A stretch of 64,000 nt of DNA from Camelus dromedarius (Eukaryota), in the NCBI RefSeq assembly GCF_036321535.1, contig NC_087437.1:76262001-76326000 (forward strand), read 5' to 3'. Position 1 is the stretch's first letter, and every line of letters starts with the position of its first letter. Shown piece by piece: positions 9,691 through 22,109 of the stretch. The notes below the pieces were generated by a model, which worked only from the letters and a program-made list of their open reading frames with translations, did not search any database and was not told the origin of the DNA. The position numbers were made by a program, and so were the translations under genes.

Positions 9691-12600
9691 GTAAATTTAT
9701 TATCCCACCTATTGTTTACTAAATACTTTTTAGATTAAGGGGTTGATGACGTGTGAATGAGCAAGAGTGAAATTTTTAGCCAAAGAGGAGAGAAAGATGA
9801 AAGTTTAAAGATAGATGTATACTACATAAGCTTGGTATTTCAACTTAACAGTTGTGAAGGTCCGTGACATGTATGATTTGTGATAGAGTTTATAATGCCT
9901 ATAATGAAGTGACTGTAAAGGTTGAAATAGAATAGCACGTGTAAAGTTCCTGGCGTAAATATAAACTTCAAATAGGCTGGTATTCAGAAGGGAAGCATTT
10001 TGCTCAGGAGTGAAGTTGGCTTAGTGTTTACCATTTTCTTGTCAATCTGGAGAATCACTCAGGTTGTCAGGACTGCCCCTCATAAATATTAAGGCTCTCC
10101 TGACTACTTTTTTTCCAGTTGGATCTTTGTCCTGCTGTTTTTTTACTCTCAGGTTTCCTTTCCATTCTGTTCACCGAAGTCAACTTGAATAATTGTTAAT
10201 ATTTGCTAATAACTGTTTCAAACAAAAACTTTCAGAAAGTAAATTGATACATTTCTCCATTGAGATTTTTTAATTGCCTTAACTGTAACCGCATCAATTT
10301 TTTTCGTGTACTCTTTTCAAATGAGAGAGAAACTTTATTCATTTGTCCATTTATTTATTAATTCATTTATTATTTCCCATTTATTGAGTGCTTACTGTTT
10401 GCCAGGCTCTGTGCCAACTGGGAAGTGATTCCACAGAAACAAATGGACAGGATAAGTCTTTTGCCATTTCTTAGGTAGAAAAGACTGAATCTTCTAGAGT
10501 AGAAGAAGGAGCATAGCCAGTGACCTCAGAAAATATTGCTCAGATCAGGATAATTAAGGGCCATGTGAAAATCTGCTGCTTTATTAAGTTCCTCCCTGGG
10601 TTAGAGATTCTTTCGAAAAGTTATCACAATCTGGCTGATGTTTCTGCTCAAAGGCACCTTTGGGTGGTACACAAAATTGTGGAATCAAGCAACTGTGTTT
10701 TTTCAGATCTCTTCTTTAAGCTGAAGTATCCTAGCTTAAGATCTTTCACTAATGAACTGTGTGACTTTGGGCAAGTCACTTCACATCCCTGCACTGACAA
10801 TTCAGGGTCAGTGATCTCAAAAGATTTTTCTAACTCTAGATTTTGTTTTCCAACTGCTCTTAAGTCCTTGGACTATAGATTTGTGGATAGTGCAGAAGGG
10901 AGGTGGGTAACAAAGAAGAGAGGAGTCTGTTTCAGATGGCTTCATGTTTTCAAGATACAGGGCATCCAAGTAAAGAAGTGACTGAAGAATAAATGACTTC
11001 ACTTGTTGGTGAAATGCGATAAGGAACTGGGCGTGCATGGCTCCACAGCCCTTTTCCTTTCTTTTACTTTTGATGCTGGGAGCATCATTTCTGGTTGTCT
11101 TTTCTGTGCCTGAAGTTTGTTTTACAAGGTTGGTTCATACGTAAGGAGGCCTGTGGTTCTCTACTTTTGCATATGACTTGGTGGATAAATTCTAATTCAA
11201 GGGTTCGGCATTAGCATGTCCATTGTTCCTCATCTAAGCCACATCTCCTATCCTGATCTTTATCAGTGATGATGGTTGTGATGGTGGTGATGATCATAAT
11301 CATGATAATAATAAAGGTGATATGTTCTTCTCCATTGGCCTGATGTCTTTTGATCCAAAACTCAAATGAGGAGAACAATAGTATTATTTATTGGACTTCT
11401 GCAAACTTCAGCCCATGTCCTATCACTGTCTGTTTGCTGAGCCTTAGTAAGGAAAACAGCAGAGAGGTGGCCTGACCTGAAGTTGCTCAGGGGATATTCT
11501 GCTGAGCCTTTGGAGTAGCGGATCACCAGTCACCCAGACTTTGGAAAAGGCAGCCAAGTGGCCAGATTAGGATATTAGAGGAGCTTGGCAAATGTGAAGT
11601 GGGTAACTGCTTTGTTTTACACTGTAAAATTAGTAGCTCCCTTCCTGGAACACAGTTGGAGTATTTCTGGAATCAGTCAATCACTGCTGTCATGATGTAG
11701 TGGTTCAGGTACTTTTAGCCATTATCCAAAAGATCTGAACAATGCATTTGTAATTTATCCTCAATTTATGCTTGTAATTCCTATATTCTGATTCATAGAA
11801 TAAATTATATTTAGTAAGAAAAGGAAATGTTTTATATTTTAAAACTTGGTAAGCCTTTAACTCTCATATTCAAAAGAAAAATTGGAGGGTGAAATTCTAT
11901 ATCCTAATTAGTGAGTATCCTGAAATGATTGCTCCAAGTTATTTGTACAGGAAGACATCACTAATTCTGAGTATCTGGGAGGGAACCAACCTGGAATTGT
12001 CTCACTTTATCCTCTTCCTTGGAAAATTCTTTTGGATAAATCTTAAATGTATATCTCTGGCTCCAGCTGTCTCTGGACATACCTTTCTAAATGCTTGCTG
12101 GACTGCTCCAGATTAACAGCCTACCTTGAATTCAACAGATCCAAATTCCAACCACAAAACCTTCTATTCCTGCTGTGATTTATTACCTCAGTTAAAGACA
12201 TCAGTCCTGTATGTCACCAGGCTTAATCTGTGGGATGCTCATCTGCTCCTCCATCTTCCTCTCTGGTACCCAGCCGTGGGAGCTTCTCCCAAAGTGCCTT
12301 CTGCCCGTACTCCTTCTCTGTTCTTACTGTCCCTCTTCTTGAACCATTGCTGACTGTGTCTCATGCTGGCTATTGCTGACTGTGTCTCATGCTGGCTGTA
12401 GCAATAGCCTCCTATCCACCCTCCATCCTGAACATTATGACAAAGTTTTCAGAGTAATCTTGCTAAAATAAAAATTTTATCATGTCACTCGAGTAAGCAA
12501 ACATATTCAACGTCTTCAAGATCTATAGTATAGACTTTAAAGTTGCTAGATGGGACATTTAAAGAGGCCTTCTCATTCTGATTGCAGCCTGTCTTTTAGC

Positions 12601-12839
12601 CATATTCCCTTCTAGTCCTCCTTCTTTGTGAACCCTAAATTCTGTTTACCCAGGGCTGTTTGTCTTTAGTGACTGCTACATGCCTCTCTCCATCCCTGTG
12701 GGAATAGTCGTATAGTTACTATAGTCGTTACTGTCCATGTGGCCTTTCCTCCATCACCACCTTCCTCTTGTGTGGCTTTACTAAAACACCACTACTTCCA
12801 ACAGCCTTCTTTAATAATCCTATCTGGAATCACGTTTTC

Positions 12840-13302
12840 TCCTTGCGGAGTAGCTACTATGAGTACCCTGCCCTTTCCCCCTAGGAACATCATTCCCATG
12901 CACTCCAACGAAATGGGCTTCCAGCTGTGAGCAGCTGCCTGAGGACTTTCCTCTTGCACCTGGAAGCAGGCAGACCACAAGAGCCAGGAGTTTTCATTTT
13001 CCAGAAGTAGCTCTCAACCAATGAATGAAGCAAGCTGGAAGATAAATACCCAGGAGTCCTCGCCCCTCGGTTAGGATAACGGAGACATCGTCTGTACTGT
13101 CTCCCAGAACTTCCCAGCAGGATTGAGCCCCAGTTGCTCCCAAGAGGAATCTGCCCAGTAGTGCCCCTTTTGTTACTGGCTACCTTGCTTCTTTGCCTAA
13201 CTTCCCTGCTGCCCTGCTGGTGCTTTCTGTTACCTCCCAAATAAACCATCTGCACGCACATTCTTGTCTCAGGGTTGGCTTTTGGTGGAACCCAGCGTAA
13301 TA
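12840..13302 (+). mobile_element. ERVL solo LTR (LTR16-like)
   Basis: CCCAGCAGGATTGAGCCCCAGTTGC...CCTCCCAAATAAACCATCTGCAC...TTGTCTCAGGGTTGGCTTTTGGTGGAACCCA. Confidence 0.8.
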
Positions 13303-15001
13303 GCCTGTGTCTGCGCTTTCATAGCAGGCTGCTTAGGCTGCTCCTGTTATAACTTCACATACCTTGGGAAATGTTCATTCGGGAATCCATCCAGATCTTT
13401 GAGGTCAGGAACCGCATCTTCCTCTGTATGTTCCTTTTAACACCTAGCACCATCTCTTACTTGAAGTAGATGCTCAACAACTAAAGGTTGAGTGAAAGCA
13501 TTTCAATCAAGAAGAAAATCGGCATTACAGAACTTAAAAGAAATAAAAAATTAAAATCTCAAGTACTTAACAGTAACTCTGTAACAGAGCAATGACCACT
13601 TTATGCTTTAGGAGATTTGCCCTAATGCGCAGAACAGATTATTTGAAGCCTTCATTCCGTACTTTTGAAGATACCTGGGAATCACATTCCATATACCTGT
13701 CCTGTTTCACCCCTGGCCTCTCAGCTCACTGAAGACAGGCCTTTAATTTATGCTTCTTTATAGCACCAGCCCTGCGTAGCTTGACGTCCTGCGCGTAGTA
13801 TGTACTCAACTCCAGAAATATGTTTAAATAAAGCTATGAGTTATAAAACACCTAAAATTGTTCTTTTTTAAAAAAACATAGTTTACTTTTTAATTACCAT
13901 CTTTATACCAGTTACTTTTATGTCCACTATATAAAAAGGGAAACCAGCAGAGTTCTATCATATTGCTTATACAAATTTTAAGTTGAAAGCATCCAAATTA
14001 ATGGGGTTTCTCTGTACTTATGAAAGTACTTGAACAATTACTGAAATTGGAATCTTTTAGAAAGAGTGTGTGATACAAATGAGTAGTCTGAATATCCGAA
14101 TTTTGTGGACTTCATCCATCAGCTTCTCTTTTTGCCATCACCTCTAATGCAGCATTTATTCACATTTAGCTCTCTTTCTCTCTTCACTCCAAAGAGGCAG
14201 TTTACAGATCTTGTAACTTTTCCTGCAGCCAGAAAATCTAATTCACCATAACAGACACAGCTGTGTGTGTTCCCTAGGCTGCTGTAGACATAACCCTTTA
14301 AAAGTTAGCTTAAAGAAAATAAAATAACACAAAACAATAGGGGGAAAATCAGTGTTGTGTGATCTGGACCCAGTCATATCTTTCTTATAAAATGACTCTG
14401 TGTTTAGTATTTTAGCTTTACTTCAATTATCAGCAAGTCCTGGTAGGTCATAATATCACTTGGGCCTCATTCTTTAGGAAATAGTGTTAGACATTCTCTG
14501 CCAGTGGCATTTGCAGCCAAGAAGGGACAAATTAGGGATCAGTCAGTACCCACTTTGCTTCCCTGGATGATCCACAAATCTGCATGATTTTACATGTGGT
14601 AATAAAAGTCAAACACTTTGAATAGGTTGTTCATGTGGATATGCGTGGAAGGCATGTGGATGTAGTTGTGGTTAAGAAGCAGCTACACTGTGAAAAGGAA
14701 TACAGATACAATGCAAATGTATATAAAGAAAAAACATTCTGAGTGAAACTATACTCATAAGATTACAGCTCTGGCATTCTTTTTTAACGTAAAATAAATT
14801 TTGGATTAAATAAATTTGAACTCTGCAAGATTTGAAAATTCTTGTTAAGGAACAATAGAACACACAGTTTGTCTGGAAGTAGCAAGTTGCTTTGAATGAC
14901 CATTTCTTTTGAAAAATATCGAAAGCAGGAGTAGGGTGCCCAGGCAGAAGAGATTTGCCAAGAGGGAGGGAGCTGCAATCCAGATACTGCATTGTTATAC
15001 T

Positions 15002-15166
15002 CAGGACTGCTTACATAATCTGACGCCTGATGCAAACTGAAAATGCAGAAACCTTTGTTCAAAATTTATTAAAAATTTCGAGGCAGCAACTACAGAACTT
15101 TAAACCAAGTTGGGGGAGGGGGACCTGTGTGACTGCACAGGTGCCAGGCCTGTGAGGCTGGTCCTG
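15002..15166 (-). mobile_element. MER45A-like hAT-Tip100 MITE, full length
   Basis: CAGGAC...GTCCTG inverted ends. The body matches the MER45A reverse complement. Degenerate 8-bp TSD GTTATACT/GTTACCCT. Confidence 0.85.
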
Positions 15167-16729
15167 GTTACCCTCCACTTATTGAGATTCTACAAGTCCT
15201 CGTTCTTAATGATTCTTGACCAAATGCAGTGTCCCTGATACAGTTAGAAATCCACAGCATGAATGAGCCTAGAGAGGGGCTATGTAAACATGGTTCTATA
15301 AATTTCTTAATACACTAGAATAACTATCCATACCACAATGGGAAACATCAGAGGTGTTTTGTAGGGTTGGCTCTTAATTGAACTTTAATAATTAACCCTA
15401 GATAGGTATTCTCTCATTCCTTCTCATTTGATTGTCAGTTGTTAAAAGCCGAGACCCCAGTCTTGGAATCCCGAGATTTTATGCAACCATCTACCCCTAC
15501 AGTGCTTGGGAGTAAGGAAGAAATGACAAATACACCCATATTATTATTTCACTCTTGTTCCTTGCTGGAACCGAGTCTTTGCGCCCCTTTATTTCAGGAC
15601 CACCCACCAGAAGGTCTGAGCAGTCTCCTCTAGGCTTTTCCTCCCTCGTCTCGCACCCTCACCCTCGGCAGCGAGTTGGGGAGCTTGATGTTCTTCACTC
15701 CTCCTGCCTCAAACTCCACTTCTCTCCTTATCTTGGAGGCCCATTTGCATCCTTGAGTTTATCCTTGACTTGTATTACTTTGTTCTCCCTGGGAATAGAG
15801 TGACGGAACAGAACCACTTACGTTTTCCTTTGAAATTGGAATAAATATAGAGTGGGTACATAACCCACCTCTATCATGCATTCAGTTTTGCATTCCTGAA
15901 CCAGTGGGTTTCATGTATCTACTAAGCCACAACCTGAGAACAACATGTATTAGTAATCCTCAAAAATTCCAAGTATAGTTCCATAGGAGTGTCTCCAAAT
16001 TTGATTAGAATTCTTTGCTCACTGACATCATATTTCTTTCAAGTCCTAAAAACACGTGCTGTGTGAATTACTTTTAATTGTTCTAATTAATGTCTTTAAA
16101 GAGCACTGGCTCTTATGCTTATTAGTGAACTCCTGTGACAAAGCAGGCCATTCAACTGAATTTTAAACCAAGTTTTGACACTGAGCAAAGCAAACTTCCA
16201 AACATACTGTGATTGTTATCAAAAGCAGTTAAGAAAAACGTTATGAAACATTATGGGGTCAACTTAAATTTTAACATCTGTTAAATGTGAATAATCCTAC
16301 CTTCTTATTTATTTTCAAAGGAAAATGAGACTTTTGGGATTTTTTTTTAAGTGAGAAATTTAATAAGAAATGGTATTGCTTCAACTAATACTATTATTAC
16401 TATTATAATCCCATTTAAGTATTATTTTAGTTTTTAGAATTCACAACCTCTTAAGGCCCCACTGTTTTTTAATGAACTAGAATTTTCTGTTGAGTTAGAT
16501 TTTCATAGAACCTAAGTGATTGTTTAATTGATATTTCTACTTCGAAATTGGTAAGACATATTGAGTATAGATTAGATATGCTGAAGGGATTGGTTTATTA
16601 AAATTACCTGTTCTATAGGTCTGAACCTATACCAAACACAATTTTCAATCAGTTATACATAGGCTAATAATACTGGCTACTTCATAGAATTTGTGGATTT
16701 TACTTAATATATTTAAATACAAATGTGTT

Positions 16730-17150
16730 TTATATAGCTTTATTGTACTATAATTTATATACAAGAAACTGTGCATATTTAAAGTGTACAGTTCAATAAA
16801 TTTTAACATATTTAGATACCCTTGAAAGCATCACCATTATCAAGATAGTGAGTACACTTATTACCCCCAAAAGTTTCCTTTTGCCCATTTGTAATCCTTA
16901 CCCACATGTCTTTCCAAGGTTCCCTTCCCACCATCCCTAGGCAACCACTGATATGCTTTCTGTCACTATATAGATTAGTTAGTATTTTCTAATCTATTTT
17001 TTGTTTGTCTTTGGCTTCTTTCACTCACCATAATCATCTTGAGGTTCATTCAGATTGTTGCCTGTTGTTTTCAAAAGCTCAGTTCATTTTTATTGCTGAG
17101 AAGTATATTATATGGATATACCATATTCTATTCATTCATTTCCCATCAAA
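16730..17150 (-). mobile_element. L1MB/L1MC-type 3' fragment
   Basis: CTTTATTGTACTATAATTTATATAC...CCCTAGGCAACCACTGATATGCTTTCTGTCACTATA. Confidence 0.8.
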
Positions 17151-17214
17151 TGTTTGATCTTTCTCTCTTTATTCTCTTCTTTAGGCTAAGCTTTGACTTC
17201 AGTCATGCCTCCAG

Positions 17215-17430
17215 GGAGGCCTCATGGTATCATAGGAGTTTTGTTGGGAACACGTCTAGATACAAATCCCAGCCATGTCTCTTGTGAGCTGGCTGAACAT
17301 CACCTGCATGGGTTTCTTACCAGGGTTGCCATTTCCTCATGTGATAAATGGGCATGGTAATATGTAGGTTTGTTGTAAGGGCTACATATGTAAAGCACAT
17401 GGAACAAAACCTGACACACAGTGAGTGCTA
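17215..17430 (+). mobile_element. MIR SINE followed by a (TTATTACTG)-type simple repeat to ~17480
   Basis: CAAATCCCAGCC...TTTCCTCATGTGATAAATGGGCATGGTAATA...GTAAAGCACATGGAACA. Confidence 0.7.
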
Positions 17431-17686
17431 TTGGGGGTGGTTATTACTGTTATTACTGTTGTTATTATTACTGTTATTAATTTTACATGACATGTTTGGT
17501 GGAACGTCTAGCCTACAAGAAACACTCAACAAATGTTAGTTATATTAGTAATTTTATTAAAATTACTATATTACTAAACAACTATTCATTCCCTTTCTTT
17601 CCTAGTCCCTCTTATGTTTTCAGTCTCTTCACTATCCTAGTTACTAGTAATCCGGCTGTTACCTGACCTTGGAGAACAGAGGAAGG

Positions 17687-17860
17687 CAGTGGCTCCCCAA
17701 GTATGATGCAGAGGGAGCCACATTAACACCGACCTGGGAACTTGTTAGAAATGCAGATTCTCAAGCCCCACCCTCAACCCACTGTATCAGAAACTTTGAG
17801 GGTGGGACGTTTTAACGAGACTTCCCAGTGATTCTGCCCAAGCTGAATAACTAGAGCAGT
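17687..17860. mobile_element. MER5A MITE
   Basis: CAGTGGCTCCCCAAGT...ACCTGGGAACTTGTTAGAAATGCAGATTCTCAAGCCCCACCC. Confidence 0.8.
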
Positions 17861-17914
17861 GGGGGAATCACACAAGGCTTGGGCAGGAGTTAATGCAGGC
17901 TCAGTTCATGTTGA

Positions 17915-18117
17915 CTTTCTTGTTAGCAGAAGCACACTGTTGACTAATTGAGCTTAATATCAAGTAAAACCCCTAAGTCTTTTACACACATGTTGCTGCT
18001 AATCCCCATATTCCCCATCTAGTACTTGTACAGGATTCTTTTTGGACTGAAGTATAAGTCTTTACATTTATCCCTATTAAACTTAATCTTGTTAGATTCG
18101 GCCCATCGCTCCAGTCA
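17915..18117 (-). mobile_element. L3/CR1 LINE fragment
   Basis: CACACTGTTGACTAATTGAGCTT...TTTACATTTATCCCTATTAAACTTAATCTTGTTAGATTCGGCCCATCGCTCCAG matches antisense L3. Confidence 0.8.
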
Positions 18118-19080
18118 TGTTTGGGGAAATTTTAGTTCAGCTGGAATGAACCATGACAAAGAAGCAGGGCCTGGAGATGGAGGAGGGGTGCTGTAAGGAC
18201 AACGTCCTTTTATATATTAGCCAGACACTGGCTGTTGAGACTTGGGCTGAGGTGAACTTCTAATTAAACTCTTGAAACCCAGTAAGACTGGTAATTTGAT
18301 TTCAATCTAATTCTCCTAGTATTTATTAGGCTCCTACCAAGTTCCTGACTTGTAAACAAAGTATAGGAGAGATTGGTTAATACCATTCTCTTTAAGGTTA
18401 GATATAAGTGGAGATAAAGTGGTTTTCATTTTTTTAACATGTGAAGCCCAATACACCAACACTTGCAAGTCTCTCAAGGAAGAGAACTAATATTTTTTGA
18501 GTACCAGATCCTTTGTTATGTGTTTTGTTTACATTTTCATGTTTAATTTTCAAGCCAATTCAGTGATAAAGGAATGATTACCCCATTTACAAATAAAGAA
18601 ATTTAGAATCAGATGTTAATGTATTTCCTCAAGGTCGCATAGGTAGTTGGCAATGGCACTAAAGGAAATCCCAGATTTGTATGGGTTCAAAGGACATGCT
18701 GTATGTAGGCTTTCTCCCTGAGATCAAGAAAATTAAGCCCTTTAAATATCATAACTATCAACAGCTTAACCATAACAATTGATACTCTTGGGCTGATTTA
18801 TAGCGAGTAAGTTTACGATCCCCAAAACATTAAATTATCGATAGGTGACCCAATCTTATATACATTAAGAAATGCATCTAACTGTACTCACAGTACTAAT
18901 TTTAAAAAAATATGTTGGATTTATTTGTATTTGCCACTTTTAAAGTGTTAGGCACAATCTATAACTCAATAAAATAAAATTTAAAAAAAGACTTAGGCAC
19001 AATATCTATCACAATAGTAATACTGTAATTGCAAATTGTTGCCTCTAACAAACAAGTCTTTGGAAAGGATATAATTTCTT

Positions 19081-19093
19081 CCTCTAGGGGGCA
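19081..19093 (+). promoter_or_regulatory. Candidate CTCF site
   Basis: CCTCTAGGGGGCA against the core consensus CCASYAGRKGGCR (one mismatch), embedded in very AT-rich DNA. Confidence 0.45.
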
Positions 19094-19169
19094 AAACTAG
19101 TTGATTCTACTCTAACAGGCAATACCCACTATATTTTAACAATGATATAAAATGTGTATTTTAATAAAG

Positions 19170-19410
19170 TAGATTGTAGTATAATGGGAGATGCACTGGA
19201 CTTGAAGTTTGAAGATTAAATTTTGGTTCCACTTGCTAGTTCTACCACCCTGGGCAGCAAGATGAACTTTTATAAACCTCAGTTTTAAGATCTCTAAAAT
19301 GGGGCAATAATGTTCGTGGAGTGGTAAGAATTAACTGAAATAATATCTATGATAGAAGGTACTCTATATTCTGTTAAATGTTTTACAAATATAAGATGTT
19401 ATTATTGTAC
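19170..19410 (+). mobile_element. MIR SINE
   Basis: AACCTCAGTTTT...CTCTAAAATGGGGCAATAAT core and a MIR-like 5' end. Confidence 0.7.
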
Positions 19411-20077
19411 TTCTGATACTTACCTATTATACAGGTTGCTAGCAAGAAGAGAAAATGTGAAATATTTTGGGCATTTCTGCCACCTACACATCTATTTAAT
19501 TGAGAGAGCATAATTCAGAGTTTTTGAGTTTCTCTGAAAACGCTTCCATTCTTTCATAGTTTCTTTTTTAACTCTAGAGCTTCCAGTAGAATTATGTGAG
19601 ATCAGTGTGGTAGAACTGGTATTGAAATACTAGATTTTGTTGGTTAATTTGCATTTCAAAGGTAAGTTCTCTGTAAACAGCATTAACACTGTCAGTCTCA
19701 CTAGCATCATCATTATAAAAGGACACTCACTAGGTGCCTGTCTGCCTGGAGGCAAGTGCTATTGTTATACAAAGTGAGCTAAGCTGGTAACAACTCCAGT
19801 TCTTTAGGGCTTTATAATGTAGTAACAGACAGACTTTATATGAATAGGGAAAAATAAAGATATGCACTTAAATGCCTTCTCTTGAATCCCTGCTATATCC
19901 CTTATCAGTTATGTGACTTTAAGCAAATGACAATCTCTTAAACTTCAGTTTCCTTACCTTTCAAATGGTGTAACAATTGTACCTACCTGAGATGTGACAG
20001 TGAAATGCTGTCTAATGTACTAAAGGCTGAAGTCTTTAGTACAATATCCGTACTTAATGCACAGACAATTTAACTTT

Positions 20078-20399
20078 TGTTAAAGGAGAAACTGAGGCAT
20101 ATTAAATATTTTAAGAATTAGAGCAAAATTTTATTCCAGTCAAGAGCACAGAACCAGAAGTGCTCAGGAGCCCTCCACCAACAAGAATACCGGGAGAGAC
20201 TTTTATGGAGAAAAGACACAGCAAAGTAAGGAAATTAATAATTGGCTACAGTTTAAAGCCTAGTTGGCTGTGATTGGTTGTCCTTAGGTTTCAGTTTCGT
20301 AACCCTGAGGTATTTACAGGCCTAGAGTTTGGTTTGTTTATGTGGGCATCCCTGCATTACAGCCACCTCAGTCCAATGGCTTCCTTGTTTAATTTAACA
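20078..20399 (-). mobile_element. Solo ERV1-type LTR (family not identified)
   Basis: 322 bp with TGTTAAA...TTTAACA inverted termini, a minus-strand AATAAA near the left end and CCAAT boxes. Confidence 0.7.
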
Positions 20400-20569
20400 G
20401 ATATTATTCGAGCTAAGTACTGTATACTCCAAAATCAAACTCCTAAACCTTTCTCCTCTCCCTTCTGGTCTGCATACCCTGCAAATAATGAGCTTTCTCT
20501 GGTCATAATGAATAATATGTGTAGCCTGGAAATCATTGTCAGTCACCCACGGTGCTTCATTAACTTCCT

Positions 20570-20760
20570 GGAATCACAGAGTCTTAGAGTAGGAACCCCA
20601 GACTTCCAAAGTCATTTAGACCAGCAGCCTTACTTTGCAAATAAGGGCACTGAGTCCCAAAGAGGTTAAGTGTCCTACCCAAGCTATAGGGCCAGGTAGT
20701 GACAAAGATAGAAGAATCTGGACTCCACACTCAAAGTATGTCACTCTGCCTCCTCTACAC
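20570..20760 (-). mobile_element. MIR SINE
   Basis: ACTTTGCAAATAAGGGCACTGAGTCCCAAAGAGGTTAAGTG. Confidence 0.75.
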
Positions 20761-21589
20761 GGTCTCTCCAGACTCCCTGGTCCCCTTAATCTCCTCTTGT
20801 ACTTGCCCTGCCAATAGGACTGTGCTCATGTGGCCTGCTACCAGTCTGTGCTGTCTGGCTTTAGCCAAGTCTTCATGTTTAATCTTGTTACTCGTTTTCT
20901 CTCTTTTTCTTAGTAGGTGAGTTTCACAATTTATTTAGAGGAAAAAAAAAAACCAACAAAAACCTCTGCCTTTATCCAAATAAAGCCTTACTTGTGACAA
21001 TAAATGAAACCAATCAAAGCTTCCTGGTTGGAGTAGTAATAGAATTACGGGACCACAGGCCCATAGACTCAGCTCAGCCCTTCTCTCTCGTCCTTTCTAA
21101 AGTGGTCCCTGAGGGAGTTCCACTGAATTCTTAGGGCATCTCTTAGCAAAACAATTTTTAAAAGCTCCTACCTAACACCTACACTTAACAGTAGTTGTTC
21201 CTGGGGACTCTTTAAGTGTCAAGAGAGGCTCAGGCCATGTCCATGTGAAACATACTGGAATGCTAAACAGGATCGCACAACTTGTGATCTGTTTTAAAGG
21301 TTTCCACTTAACAGGTTAACACTTTCAACTCAGATACAAAATTGATGACACCTGTGTGGCGTTATCTTGACATCACATCAGTGGTTAATTCTGAGGCACT
21401 TCACTCCCATCCCCAACTTTCCACTGGCTCTGACTTTTATTAACCTGGCATGTTCCTCATCCCTCCAGTTCTGTTTCTGCTCTCTCACTCAACCGTCATT
21501 TAATGAATGTCCACTAAGAGTTAAGTTCCATGCTAGGTACTGGGGTCACAAAGATGAAAAGGATGTAATCTTTGCCCCTCAGGCAAATA

Positions 21590-22109
21590 GCAGACTACTG
21601 AGGAAGATAGCCCCAAAGATAGTTCCCACGTAACCATGCCTTCTGGTACTCATGCCTTTGAGTAGTCTCTGGCCTTGTGACTTGTGTTAATAGCAGGGGA
21701 AGTGACACAGTGTGGGAGCTGCATTTAAGAGGACCTGCGGCTTTTGATCCCTTTCTTTTGGAATGTTCTTTTTGAGAGCCCTGAACTGCTGTGTAAGAAG
21801 TTGGGCTACCTTGGTAGAAAGACCATGTAGAGAGAAATCATGGAGAGAAAGACGGCCAGTTTTCCCAGCATCCCAGCTTGAGCCCAGTCTTCCAGCTATC
21901 TTATCCAAGGCACCAGAGATATGATGAGTGAGCCATCTTGGAAGTTCAGCTTAGTTGAGCCCTGCAGTTGACTGTAGCCCCGGCTGATTATCACATGGAG
22001 TGGAAGAACCACACAGCTCCCATAGAGTTTATAGAGATAATAAACTAGTTGTTATTTAAACCTGTATGTTTTGGAGCAGACGATTGCATAGTAGTAGATA
22101 ACTGAAACA
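21590..22109 (+). mobile_element. MaLR LTR (MLT1G/H-like) inserted in an antisense L2
   Basis: GCCATCTTGGAAGTTCAGC...AATAAAC...GTAGATAACTGAAACA end, with L2 antisense text on both flanks. Confidence 0.8.

Noticed and set aside
10520..10981. 153-aa ORF (similarly 39072-39536 and 56018-56488)
   Set aside because: These run through MIR, L2 or L1 sequence and show no protein-like homology. Two of them start at non-ATG codons.
14247..14308. 62-nt minus-strand exon-like unit (ttattttctttaag|...ATG|GTGAAT)
   Set aside because: An AAG acceptor and a weak donor give too little support.
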